A DNA stretch of 64,000 nucleotides from Candidatus Rifleibacteriota bacterium (GTDB lineage: Bacteria; Muiribacteriota; Ozemobacteria; Ozemobacterales; Ozemobacteraceae). The stretch covers positions 14,977 through 78,976 of the forward strand of contig JAHISQ010000101.1 in the NCBI GenBank assembly GCA_018818125.1, read 5' to 3'. The first letter of the stretch is position 1. Each line of letters starts with the position of its first letter. Positions 7,481 through 16,939 of the stretch are shown one piece after another. A model generated the notes under the pieces. That model searched no databases and was not told where the DNA came from. It saw nothing but the letters and a program-made list of their open reading frames with translations. A program made the position numbers and the translations under genes.

Positions 7481-10213
7481 CTAGAAGGTAGGAGCGCCTG
7501 GTGGGGGAAGCATAGTGCCGTCATCAGGAGCGCCTGTAGGAGGAAGCATGCCACCGCCGCCGGGGGGAATGGGCATGGCGTCGGCTGTGCCAACTACTGT
7601 AGCAATAGAGGTCATAGCAGCAGTTGTATATAACGTTCCATTAGAGTATGTGCCGCCTGAATACACGCCATCCTTGTTGATTCCGCTATGAGAGCCACCT
7701 ATAAAGATTGAATAGGTTTCGCCTACGGTAAGTTTGCTGCTGCCAAAAACCAGAGAATTAGAGTCCTGGTTTCCAAAGCAGGTAAGTATTTCATCCTGCG
7801 TTGAATCCATGATATGAATAAGCTGCCCTTTGGGAACGCTTACTGAGAAGTTTACGTTCAAAGATGGTACCGAAGAATAGCTAGCGCCCGGAGCATGAGC
7901 CATTGAGGATGGCCCTAATCCCACAAAGGTTCCTCCAGTAAACTTGAAATTTCCCTGATCGGTGTCAATTGCAGCATTTGCAATACCAAGAGGGTTTGCG
8001 TTAGAAACTAGAAAACCACCGGAAATAGATAGATCACTATTGGTATCCACTCCGTCGCCATTGGATTCAACATAAATGTAGCCACCACTGATGCTGATCA
8101 GATGAGTAGTTCCGTCGCCAGCGGTACCTCCCGCATTAATGCCATCAGAATCATCAAGAGGAGTGGATATTCTTATATCGCCGCCCTCAATTGAAAGAAT
8201 GGCTTTACTTTCAATGCCTTCTTCGCCATTGAATACGTAAATTTTGGGATCGCTGTCTTTACCAATCGTGACATTAGAAGTTCCAGAAATGCCTTTACCC
8301 AATGACGGGTAAGCCCTGATGGCCGGGGAACCTGTTATATCGACAGTTCCTTTGCTTTTAACAGCATGGTCAGTGGTGTTAAAAGTAAAATCGCCACCAT
8401 TAATAACAATGCTACCATTTCTTGTATCTGTGCCAGTTTTTATACCCTTGCTGCTTTCATCCTGAGCTTCAAAAGCTGTATTGGTGGTGGTAACATTGAA
8501 TGTTCCGCCACAGATTACCAGTTCGTCTGTAGCCTGAATACCGTCTCCAAAAGCGTTTATGTTAAAATTGCCTCCAGCAATGTAAACATCTCCATCAGGA
8601 GTTATTGTAGTGTCATCTTCCCAGTCGTTTTCGGCCTTAATAACATCACCGCCTCGACTTGTAAGGTTGAACGTTCCTTTAACAATATAAACGTAGGTTT
8701 CTGAGCTTTCGATGCATTCACCATCACCGGCAACTGTGACATTAAAGGTTCCGTCGTTGATTGCGACCATTTTTCCCTTAATACCGTTGCCGCCAGCAGT
8801 GACATTAATAGTTCCCCCGGTTATAACCAGGCCTTTTGTTTCACCTTTTGACTGAATACCGTTTTCTGAAGACTTTCCGTTGATAGTCAGAGTGCCACTG
8901 CCTTTTATCAGCAGGTCACCTTTTATGAACAGACATGCCCCAGGTTCGTCATCGTCAGCGTATGTATAAGTAGTAGCATCGCTAAGAGTGTTAGTTTTAC
9001 CCGCGGGAAGAATAATTGTGATCGGAGTTGATTTTTTCTCACTGTATATTGCTGCATGGGTCTGGCCAGCTATAGTAACACCGTTTAGAACGAGAGTTAC
9101 ACCGTCAGTCAGTTTGCCTGAGACAAAAATATGGCCATCGAGAGTTCCAGACAACACGTAAGTCCCTGCAATATCAATAGTTACAACGCCGTTAGAATAT
9201 GTTGCACCTGCGCCGTTTATGACAGTTTCGCTATTATTAAGCGTGATGGAAGTGGCGCCGGCAGTATTGTAGGTCGATTCTGAATCAGCATCTAAAAAGG
9301 TGTACGGCGCAACCTTTCCCGCATCCGCAAGGGTTGAAGAAGTTCCTGAAATTGCTGGCCAGCTTGAGGTAGTAGAAGTAAAGACTGAGTTCGTGCCTGT
9401 AGTGGTGCCAGGCGGTACATTGGTGCCTCCAGGATTAGCGCCGGGGATTATGGCTGTACTGGTTGCTGTACCGGCTAATGGGTTGGCTGAACTGAAGTCT
9501 CGATTGGTGGTAGTAATTTCCGTCGCAATTTGCTCCAATTGGCTAACAGCTGCGCTGTAAGTTGCCGAAAACACGTTTCCGTTAGCCCATTCATTTAGAA
9601 AAGGTACAAATACTGCGGTTGTCGCACCTGACAAATATGCAGTGTAAGACGAGATATTGGCTGCAAAATTATTTGCAACAGAACCTATCACTTCGATCTG
9701 ATGTTGATCGAGATTCTGAACAAAATTGTTGTAGGTTCTAATTGTTGGATTGGTGCTGGTTTTCCATTTTTCAAAAGCAATTCGCCGGGCAGTTGACAAC
9801 GAGGTTGCTTCTATTGTTGTTGTGTTGCTGGCAGCTTCGAGATTTTGCATAGCAGAAAGAATTGATGTTCCAGAGGCATCAAGCAACTCTACCAGAAACT
9901 CTGTATAAGCTTCTGCAAAGCTTATTGTTCCACCAAGCGTTCCATCAGAATTGGCAGATGCTGTAACCTCGCTCCAACTTCCAATCGGTTCGCCGGACGA
10001 CATTGCCTTAACACGAAATCTGAAGAGATTGGAGCTCAGAGTTGCAGCCCGTAAACTGCTGAATGTTGTTCCGGTGCCAAGATCCGCTTTCAATGTTAAA
10101 CCAGTGGTTGTATCAGTATTGGCAACAGTTGTGGAAGAAGAACCGCCGCCTCCACAGCCCACGGCGCAAAGCGCCACAACAATTAAACAAAGAGATAATA
10201 ATGTTCTTTTCAT
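7481..10213 (-). CDS. large surface lipoprotein with right-handed parallel beta-helix repeats (carbohydrate-binding/pectate-lyase-like fold)
   Basis: Lipobox MKRTLLSLCLIVVALCAVGCGG; many G-G-x-F/I-N-V/I-T turn repeats (GGTINVTAGGNG, GGNFNINAFGDG, GGDFTFNTTD) typical of a beta-helix; Thr/Ser-rich linker; C-terminal Pro/Gly-rich MLPP repeats. Confidence 0.6.
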   Translation of the reverse strand: MKRTLLSLCLIVVALCAVGCGGGGSSSTTVANTDTTTGLTLKADLGTGTTFSSLRAATLSSNLFRFRVKAMSSGEPIGSWSEVTASANSDGTLGGTISFAEAYTEFLVELLDASGTSILSAMQNLEAASNTTTIEATSLSTARRIAFEKWKTSTNPTIRTYNNFVQNLDQHQIEVIGSVANNFAANISSYTAYLSGATTAVFVPFLNEWANGNVFSATYSAAVSQLEQIATEITTTNRDFSSANPLAGTATSTAIIPGANPGGTNVPPGTTTGTNSVFTSTTSSWPAISGTSSTLADAGKVAPYTFLDADSESTYNTAGATSITLNNSETVINGAGATYSNGVVTIDIAGTYVLSGTLDGHIFVSGKLTDGVTLVLNGVTIAGQTHAAIYSEKKSTPITIILPAGKTNTLSDATTYTYADDDEPGACLFIKGDLLIKGSGTLTINGKSSENGIQSKGETKGLVITGGTINVTAGGNGIKGKMVAINDGTFNVTVAGDGECIESSETYVYIVKGTFNLTSRGGDVIKAENDWEDDTTITPDGDVYIAGGNFNINAFGDGIQATDELVICGGTFNVTTTNTAFEAQDESSKGIKTGTDTRNGSIVINGGDFTFNTTDHAVKSKGTVDITGSPAIRAYPSLGKGISGTSNVTIGKDSDPKIYVFNGEEGIESKAILSIEGGDIRISTPLDDSDGINAGGTAGDGTTHLISISGGYIYVESNGDGVDTNSDLSISGGFLVSNANPLGIANAAIDTDQGNFKFTGGTFVGLGPSSMAHAPGASYSSVPSLNVNFSVSVPKGQLIHIMDSTQDEILTCFGNQDSNSLVFGSSKLTVGETYSIFIGGSHSGINKDGVYSGGTYSNGTLYTTAAMTSIATVVGTADAMPIPPGGGGMLPPTGAPDDGTMLPPPGAPTF

Positions 10214-10362
10214 ATTGTCCTTTTCATCAAAGTATTTGTCAGCCTTTTTGGGGAAAGCTTAAGGATTTGCTAAGACACAACAAAGTTGGGTGCACAAACG
10301 CATGGAAATCATGAGTCTACGACTGAGGGTGCGCCAATCATTGCGCCCGCCATTTTTTTGTA

Positions 10363-10875
10363 TTATGCAGAAAGATTGATCATCAAGCCGCTTTGAAGAA
10401 TTCCTTTTGCCTGAAGCTGCTCAATAATGCTTTGCTGATCATCTTCTGAAAGATTGTTTAAATCAAAATTTTGCAGAATCTCAGACAAAGGCTGTAGTAA
10501 GTCTACATTTAAGCTGTTGCCAGAAATAGCGGAACTGGTTCCTTCGCTCTCGCCTGATTTAGGTGGAGGAGGCGGTCTATTGCCACCTTTACCCTTTGGT
10601 GCGCCTGTTTGTTGTGTCCCTGATTCATCTTCAGGTCTCAGCTGGCCAGGATCAAACCCAGCGCTTTTTATAGCGTCTCCAAGGGCTTTGGTTGGGGTGA
10701 AATTTGCGCTTTTGAGTTCAGATTTTAGTTCGGCAAGAGAACTTTCGTCCATGTTTTCAGCGTCATAATTGCTGAGTATTTCCTGTAGTTTCTTTGAGTC
10801 AGTGCTGCTTAACTGGCTACTAGATTGAGATGGCGAAAAAGAGCCTACGTTACCATTGATACTACTAATTGACAT
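10363..10875 (-). CDS. hypothetical Ser/Gln-rich protein with two internal repeats (paralog A)
   Basis: ATG at 10875 six nt after GGAGGA; 170 aa, no signal peptide; internal repeat KKLQEILSNYDAENMDESSLAELK / LQPLSEILQNFDLNNLSEDDQQSI; about 85% nt identity to the copy at 14097-14600. Confidence 0.6.
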   Translation of the reverse strand: MSISSINGNVGSFSPSQSSSQLSSTDSKKLQEILSNYDAENMDESSLAELKSELKSANFTPTKALGDAIKSAGFDPGQLRPEDESGTQQTGAPKGKGGNRPPPPPKSGESEGTSSAISGNSLNVDLLQPLSEILQNFDLNNLSEDDQQSIIEQLQAKGILQSGLMINLSA

Positions 10876-10942
10876 TTTATTCCTCCAGATAGAATTTGAT
10901 TTAATCAATATCACCTGTATGATATTCTTTTGAGAAGTCTAC

Positions 10943-10964
10943 GTCTGTTAAATGAATGTAAAAT
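10943..10964 (-). promoter_or_regulatory. conserved 22-nt motif GTCTGTTAAATGAATGTAAAAT (copy 1 of 3), candidate OmpR-family operator
   Basis: Near-identical copies at 14671-14692 and 16940-16961, all 70-180 nt upstream of minus-strand start codons; contains the direct repeat TGTTAAAT..TGTAAAAT with 11-bp periodicity. Confidence 0.35.
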
Positions 10965-10999
10965 CGAGTAAGAGCAGACGGTGCATAAAAAATCTGATT

Positions 11000-11587
11000 T
11001 TACTGTTTTCTATTTTTATAAAAAATCATAACATCTGCGCTGTCTTTTAAAAAATCAATATCTCCGATTTCAAACCTGACAATGTTTTGTATTCCGGTTC
11101 TTTCTTTGAGATCTTTCAAAAACAGTTCATGATTTTCCGGTTTTATCATTTCTATTTTTTCATATCTAATATTTTTTTTTGTTTCATAGCTGAAACCCCA
11201 GCCGTTTTCAAGCACCCAGGCAACAGTAACAATACAAAAATTTGCTACAGCAAATTGTGTGTACAAATGGTTATTCAACATTACGGCATTCATTACTGAA
11301 GAAGACATGATAATAAACAGATAAGTCATGTCTCTTATCGGAAGAGTATCGGTACGATAACGTAGCACAGAGAACAATGCAAACAGGCCAAAACCAACCC
11401 CAACACCCAGTTTAACATTTGTCACCAGCCCAATAACGAAGAAAATTACCGTACTGAAAGAAATGAACGTGAAAATGTTATTCTTGTCATGACTCAAAGA
11501 GCAGTAAATAAATCTGGTAATAATAAAAACAATCGCCAAATTCAATAAAAAACCAGATAAATACAATGAAAACGCATCCATTAACAA
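11000..11587 (-). CDS. DUF4956-family integral membrane protein
   Basis: Five predicted TM helices; LFSVLRYRTDTLPIRDMTYLF resembles the DUF4956 signature; DUF4956 proteins typically pair with VTC-domain proteins, as here. Confidence 0.55.
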   Translation of the reverse strand: MLMDAFSLYLSGFLLNLAIVFIITRFIYCSLSHDKNNIFTFISFSTVIFFVIGLVTNVKLGVGVGFGLFALFSVLRYRTDTLPIRDMTYLFIIMSSSVMNAVMLNNHLYTQFAVANFCIVTVAWVLENGWGFSYETKKNIRYEKIEMIKPENHELFLKDLKERTGIQNIVRFEIGDIDFLKDSADVMIFYKNRKQ

Positions 11588-12378
11588 ATTCTCCCAGCCA
11601 GCTTATTTACGAGCAAAACTTTTTCTTTAAAATTATTTTTTTTAACATTGTTATAAAGCACTGAAACACCGATGCAATACTTACTGAAGCCTTCTTCTCT
11701 AACGGACTTTTCTGACATCAGTCTCACAAAATCAGATTTGTGCACCAGTCCATCTTTTTTAACTTCTGCGATAACAATTCCCTGCAGATCTACAACTTTA
11801 TCCTGATTTGAATTTGCAAATTCCAGGTTCAAATCAATTGTTACCCTTTCAATACTTGTCTTGCTGACCAGAGTAATACGCGTATACCTGTTCCACAAAA
11901 CTGGTTGCAAATCTTCTGCGCGAAATTTGCTAATTTCTGAAATGAATTTTTCAGCATCATTGTCGAAATAAGCCCTGATAGCAGGAACTTTTATTCGGTT
12001 TTTTTGGGTTACACCTTTGTTGTTCTTGAATTTGACTTCCATGAATGATTCGGCGGAATCCATATACTCTCTGATGCGAACCTTGTATCTGTTCATTACT
12101 CCGTTATGATGGCTTCTATACATTTCCAGATCAGAAGTATCGAAATAGAGCGTTTGATAGTTGTTTTCTCTTTTGTCTTTTATCTCAAGAACCTTGTAAT
12201 ACTTTGTCAGATTCTCAAGCACCTCAGTAAGCATGCTGACGTTCATCACATATTTTATGTCAGACCTCTTCATGAGCGCGACAGATTTCATTTCATCAAG
12301 CGTAACAGTTTCAAATTCACTAAGTATAGGGCTTAATTTGTTTTCTGCCAAAAGCGACTGATTTCCTGAATTGTGCAT
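11581..12378 (-). CDS. VTC-domain (polyphosphate polymerase-like, CYTH superfamily) protein
   Basis: DIKYVM...YQTLYFDTSDLEMYRSHHNGVMNRYKVRIREYMDSAESFMEVKFKNNKGVTQKNRI matches the bacterial VTC-domain pattern (E-Y-K-Y..YFDT..Y....G...R.K.R.R.Y....FLE.K.K); 7-nt overlap with the downstream DUF4956 gene. Confidence 0.65.
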   Translation of the reverse strand: MHNSGNQSLLAENKLSPILSEFETVTLDEMKSVALMKRSDIKYVMNVSMLTEVLENLTKYYKVLEIKDKRENNYQTLYFDTSDLEMYRSHHNGVMNRYKVRIREYMDSAESFMEVKFKNNKGVTQKNRIKVPAIRAYFDNDAEKFISEISKFRAEDLQPVLWNRYTRITLVSKTSIERVTIDLNLEFANSNQDKVVDLQGIVIAEVKKDGLVHKSDFVRLMSEKSVREEGFSKYCIGVSVLYNNVKKNNFKEKVLLVNKLAGRIC

Positions 12379-12562
12379 TTTGAATACCGCCTTGATTGTT
12401 TCTCTTTAATCAGCTGTCTACATTATAATATCGGGAAATCTACGCTGCTCTGTCATTAAGAAATGTTAAGCAATGTTAATCTGTAAGATGTAATTGCTTG
12501 GCTGACAGGTTTTGAACGCTTGAGACCAGAGTCAAACAACAGTTCGAATCGCAAGCAAGCAG

Positions 12563-13879
12563 TTAATCAATCATCATTTGCAACGAAACGAGATACTTTT
12601 TCTCGGAAGACTTGTCGTCATCGCTGTCTTTACTATTTGTTCTGCTATACTCGATCTCACCAGAACATTTTTTAGAAATATCGAACTTAAATCCGGTCTT
12701 GAACTTATTTTCATAAGCATCTTGCCCGTATCTGCTGATATCAAGAGAATTGCCAGTTGTATAAGTTTCAGTTCTCCGACTGAATTCCATAAACAGCAAA
12801 GTGTCGCGTGATAACTTCCAGGAAGGGGCGATTTCTATTGTCTTACGTTTAGAGGATCGATCGACCATACTGATGACAGGCGCATTTTCTTTTAATTTGC
12901 CGTCACCGTTTGCGTCAATCTTCGAAATAGTTTCATCATAAAGAAACAGCTCCTGATTGGTTTTTGAATCAACCTCTCCATATTGATACTGAATTCGAAG
13001 TCCAAATCTGGAGTAGAATTGTAAAGCCAACTCCAATCCGCCGTAAGGTAGTTTGTAGCTACGATTGCTGAAAGTGGAATTGTAATTTCGCCAACGATAT
13101 CCGACAAACGGCACGAGATTTAAATCAGAAAGTTTTTTATGTTTGTTTTTAATCAGAGCATATTTGTAAGCAAACTTGCCTTCAAAGTCATCATAAATAG
13201 CCGATGAATAAATTCGCTCTTCCCTGGTAATGTTACCGTTTGAATTCGCATCCTGTACACCTGAAAGATAATTCTTTTTGAACTTTCCAAAAGACAATTT
13301 TCCATCAAACTCCAGTTTGGCGTTTTCTCCAGCATCCCTTTCAAGTTTTATACGCCCTTCAGGAAAACTCCCTTTGGCATTCTTTGTGTAATAATTGTAG
13401 CGCAAAATACTGGTCATACTCAGATTGCCGGTCGCAGGATTTTTAGATTGAAACTTGGCGCCAATAGCAGGTGCAATGATTTGCTCAGAGATAGAATTCA
13501 TATCTGAATATCTATTTGTGGCTTGATCCGTTGCATCGTTTGTTGTCAGCCTGGTCTCTTGAGAATCGGAAAGATTGAAAATATTGTCAGAATACTCAAA
13601 ACCAATTTCAGAAAACAAACGTATCTTCTTCTGCTCAGTTATCTTATCTTTTTTCTTCTTTTTTTTAGAATCCTTAGCGCCAGGATCTGTGATTTCATCA
13701 GCAACGGCTACAAGTATAGCTGACTGATTTAAATTTTTAACAATATTTTCAGCTTCCAATGCTGTTTGGCTCTCATCGGGATGAATCTGAGCCATGCAAG
13801 GGAAAGGAAAATGTAGCAGCACCAAAAAAACACATGTTACCTGCAACAAAAAACAACAGGATTTTTTTCTATTCTTCAT
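12563..13879 (-). CDS. putative outer-membrane beta-barrel protein, Lys-rich N-terminal region
   Basis: Signal peptide MKNRKKSCCFLLQVTCVFLVLLHFPFPCMA; KKKKKKDK tract; alternating amphipathic beta-strand patterns ending in an aromatic residue; follows the VTC/DUF4956 pair on the same strand. Confidence 0.45.
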   Translation of the reverse strand: MKNRKKSCCFLLQVTCVFLVLLHFPFPCMAQIHPDESQTALEAENIVKNLNQSAILVAVADEITDPGAKDSKKKKKKDKITEQKKIRLFSEIGFEYSDNIFNLSDSQETRLTTNDATDQATNRYSDMNSISEQIIAPAIGAKFQSKNPATGNLSMTSILRYNYYTKNAKGSFPEGRIKLERDAGENAKLEFDGKLSFGKFKKNYLSGVQDANSNGNITREERIYSSAIYDDFEGKFAYKYALIKNKHKKLSDLNLVPFVGYRWRNYNSTFSNRSYKLPYGGLELALQFYSRFGLRIQYQYGEVDSKTNQELFLYDETISKIDANGDGKLKENAPVISMVDRSSKRKTIEIAPSWKLSRDTLLFMEFSRRTETYTTGNSLDISRYGQDAYENKFKTGFKFDISKKCSGEIEYSRTNSKDSDDDKSSEKKYLVSLQMMID

Positions 13880-14096
13880 TTATTTTCTCCATGGAGCGCC
13901 TATCTATAAGCTTTTCAAAAATTGCAATATCTTGCATCACCGAACACTATGGTAAGAGTCTGAATAAACACATCAATAATGATGGTGCTGAAATTCGTGA
14001 TCAATCTACGTAAATAATGATTGATGCTTGTTGTTAATTGAGCCAGACATCGTCGCGTTGAGATGCGACAATCTTTCGCCGGCATGGTTATTGGTA

Positions 14097-14600
14097 TTAT
14101 GCAGAAAGATTGATCATCAAGCCGCTTTGAAGAATTCCTTTTGCCTGAAGCTGCTCAATAATGCTTTGCTGGTCATCTTCAGAAAGATTGTTTAAATCAA
14201 AATTTTGCAGAATCTCAGACAAAGGTTGTAGTAAGCTTTCATTTAAAGTGTTACCAGAAGCGCTGACACTATTTCCTTCAGCTTCTCCAGACTTAGGCGG
14301 AGGAGGAGGTCTATTGCCCTTTGGTGCGCCCGTTTGCTGTGTCCCTGATTCATCTTCAGGTCTCAGCGCTCCAGGATCAAATCCGGCGCTTTTTATGACA
14401 TCTCCAAGGGATTTGCTCGGAGTAAAATTTGCGCTTTTCAGTTCAGATTTCAGTTTGGCAAGTGAACTTTCATCCATATTTTCAGAGTCATAATTGCTGA
14501 GTATTTCCTGTAGCTTCTTTGCGTCACTGATGCTTAGCTGACTACCAGATTGAGTTGACGAAAAAGAGGCGGTGTTGCTAGTGATACTACTAATTGACAT
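14097..14600 (-). CDS. hypothetical Ser/Gln-rich protein with two internal repeats (paralog B)
   Basis: ATG at 14600 after GGAGGA; 167 aa, collinear with paralog A; main difference is the absence of the GKGG insert in the PPPPPK region. Confidence 0.6.
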   Translation of the reverse strand: MSISSITSNTASFSSTQSGSQLSISDAKKLQEILSNYDSENMDESSLAKLKSELKSANFTPSKSLGDVIKSAGFDPGALRPEDESGTQQTGAPKGNRPPPPPKSGEAEGNSVSASGNTLNESLLQPLSEILQNFDLNNLSEDDQQSIIEQLQAKGILQSGLMINLSA

Positions 14601-14670
14601 TTTATTCCTCCAGATAGAGTTTGATTTAATCAACATCACTACCCGTAGAGTATTCTTTTGAGCAATCTAA

Positions 14671-14692
14671 GTCTGTTAAATGAATGTAAAAT
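14671..14692 (-). promoter_or_regulatory. conserved motif GTCTGTTAAATGAATGTAAAAT (copy 2)
   Basis: Identical to copy 1; about 70 nt upstream of the paralog B start and just after the histidine kinase stop. Confidence 0.35.
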
Positions 14693-14710
14693 TGAGTAAG
14701 CGAGTGTAAG

Positions 14711-16048
14711 CTACTGGCTAAAATACAACTCAATCTGAAACCCTTTTGGATCGGCATTTCTCAGGCTTACACTTCCATTGAGTTTCCTTACAATTCGGTT
14801 AACAATTGATAAGCCAAGTCCAGGGCTTTCACTGCCAAATTCCACTGAGCCACTGGAAAAAGGCACTAGCAATTCGGCAATCTTATCTTCAGGCACTCCT
14901 GGTCGCTGATCTTTGAAAACAATCCAAAACTTGGATATGCCATCTACTTGCTGGAGACTCAAAGAGATATTGATTTCTGAGTTTTGTGGCGAATACTTGA
15001 TACTATTTCTAAGAACGCTTTCACAGGCTCGCCGAAAAAGGAGAGGGTGAGAAACACACTGTAAGCTGGTTCTGTTCTTGAAAACAAGGTTGATCCTCTT
15101 ATTGTCAGCTTCTATTTGCAAATCTGCTAATAGATCATTAAGCAAATGATCTATTCTGAAAGACTCTTTTGGGCCCATTAGACCGGCATCAATTTTTGCT
15201 ACTGCAAGAATCTGATCAACCAGGCTTTTTATTCGGTGGCACTCCAGTTTTATCCTGCTAATTTCCTCTGAATATTTCTCTGGATCAGTCATTTCAATGG
15301 ATTCAATGCTTAACTGCAGGCGGGTCAAAGGCGATTTGAATTCATGAGAAATCTCATGAAAAAGCTTTTTCTGGCTGGAAACAAGGATTTCGAGATTTTC
15401 AGCCATTCGATTAAAACCTCGTGCCAGATCGCCGATTTCGTCTTCTCTGACAGTTAGTTGTTCACTTGTTCTGGCTGACAAATCATTGGTACCTAGTCGA
15501 AAAGACGTGTCTCGAAGATTTATCAATGGATTAATGATTGTTCGAGAGAGTCTGTAACAAAGAAAAAGCGCTACAGACAAAACGATTAGCAACCTGAAAA
15601 AAAACAACTTGTCTGCCAAGAATGATTCAATGAGACCCACAATAACAGGCCCTTCAAACATTAAAAAACCTGATTTGCCTTGTGAATAGTAAAACTTTTG
15701 AATAATTGTAACCCTGTCTCTTCCACGTTCTTTGTAAATATCCTTAGCACACAAAGACTCCATAGCCGGTTGAAAAGCTTTTGGAAGCTCTTTTTCAGCG
15801 TAAAACCTCCATACTTCAGGGCCATGACTTATCGCCAGAAGCTTCTTATTAAAATCTACCTCTCCATCTTTTTCAAGAATAGGAATACCTAACAGAAGAA
15901 TCATGTCGGCTCGATGGTTATATGCATCATCAATTGGCGGCGGGGGCCTGAAATCAGAAGTTAACGCAACAGTTAAAAATATTATGCCAAAGAAAAGAAT
16001 ACTAAAAAACGTAAAGCCCCAAAAAATCTGCCAGAAAATTGATTTCAT
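14711..16048 (-). CDS. sensor histidine kinase (two TM segments, HAMP, HisKA, HATPase_c)
   Basis: Periplasmic loop between two TM helices; H-box EISHEFKSPLTRLQLS; N-box and G-boxes (GFQIELYF, SPGLGLSIV); 4-nt overlap with the upstream response regulator gene. Confidence 0.85.
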   Translation of the reverse strand: MKSIFWQIFWGFTFFSILFFGIIFLTVALTSDFRPPPPIDDAYNHRADMILLLGIPILEKDGEVDFNKKLLAISHGPEVWRFYAEKELPKAFQPAMESLCAKDIYKERGRDRVTIIQKFYYSQGKSGFLMFEGPVIVGLIESFLADKLFFFRLLIVLSVALFLCYRLSRTIINPLINLRDTSFRLGTNDLSARTSEQLTVREDEIGDLARGFNRMAENLEILVSSQKKLFHEISHEFKSPLTRLQLSIESIEMTDPEKYSEEISRIKLECHRIKSLVDQILAVAKIDAGLMGPKESFRIDHLLNDLLADLQIEADNKRINLVFKNRTSLQCVSHPLLFRRACESVLRNSIKYSPQNSEINISLSLQQVDGISKFWIVFKDQRPGVPEDKIAELLVPFSSGSVEFGSESPGLGLSIVNRIVRKLNGSVSLRNADPKGFQIELYFSQ

Positions 16049-16761
16049 TTCTTTTCCTCTGGAGAAACAAAAATGACTCCAGCGTTTCTAATGGTTAAAA
16101 TTCGCTCTTCACCATTTGGCCTGCAACCAATTTTTTTCCTGACTCTGCTTAAATGCACATCAATTCTTCTGTCGATGGAGTGAAATCCTTCATCCAAAAG
16201 AGACTTGGAAAGATCTTCTTTGCTGACAACTTTGCCGCAATTCTGCATAAGCAGCTTCAACAGCTCGAATTCTTTGGTTCTCAATTCTATGGTCTGTCCT
16301 GTTTTTTTGAGCGACATTGATTCTAAGTTTAGCTCCAGGTCTTCAATACAAATGGTTGGTTTGTTTTCAGCATTTTCAGGCAACGAGCCAGCTTTGTTAA
16401 ATCTTCGTAAAACAGCGCTGATTCTTGCGCATAGCTCGCGAAAATAGAATGGTTTTGACAGATAATCGTCAGCACCTAATTCAAGCCCTAAAACTCTATC
16501 GAGCTCCTCACCACGCGCTGTCAACATAATGACCGGAATCTCAGATTCTCTTCTGAGAAGTTTAAGGATTTCGAATCCGTTGGTATCTGGAAAATTTACA
16601 TCCAGCAAGATTAAATCAGAGTTCAGACTGTTGCAAATTCCAAGATCTTTAACCGGGTCAGTGCTGTAGTGAAAGTCGTAACCCTGACTTGAAAAGTATT
16701 TTTTCAAGATCTCACAGAGCTCAAGATCATCATCAAACATTATAATTCTTGGCGAGACCAT
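16045..16761 (-). CDS. OmpR/PhoB-family response regulator (REC + winged-helix)
   Basis: REC motifs (DDD...DLILLDVNFPDTNGFEIL, K at SKPF); C-terminal trans_reg_C wing (ELRTKEFELLKLLMQNCGKVVSKEDL...RRIDVHLSRVRKKI). Confidence 0.85.
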   Translation of the reverse strand: MVSPRIIMFDDDLELCEILKKYFSSQGYDFHYSTDPVKDLGICNSLNSDLILLDVNFPDTNGFEILKLLRRESEIPVIMLTARGEELDRVLGLELGADDYLSKPFYFRELCARISAVLRRFNKAGSLPENAENKPTICIEDLELNLESMSLKKTGQTIELRTKEFELLKLLMQNCGKVVSKEDLSKSLLDEGFHSIDRRIDVHLSRVRKKIGCRPNGEERILTIRNAGVIFVSPEEKK

Positions 16762-16939
16762 ATTTATGCGTTTACCAACTCTAGAAAAGTATAAATCGTC
16801 TTAGCGTTATTGCAAAGCTTTCTTTCAAAGCTTTGTTACAGGAAAAGTCACCTGTACATCAGAACTAAGTCGATGACTTGGAAGATAACTTTTTGTAAAT
16901 ATTTTGTACTAGTTTATCATAATGATACAAACTTTGATT

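Noticed and set aside
8366-9560. Plus-strand ORFs inside the lipoprotein gene
   Set aside because: Antisense to a 910-aa gene with a coherent repeat architecture
10326-10360. GC-rich inverted repeat GGGTGCGCC..GCGCCCGCC followed by T7
   Set aside because: The arms do not actually pair (only 4-5 bp complementary) and the T-run is on the wrong strand for the adjacent minus-strand gene
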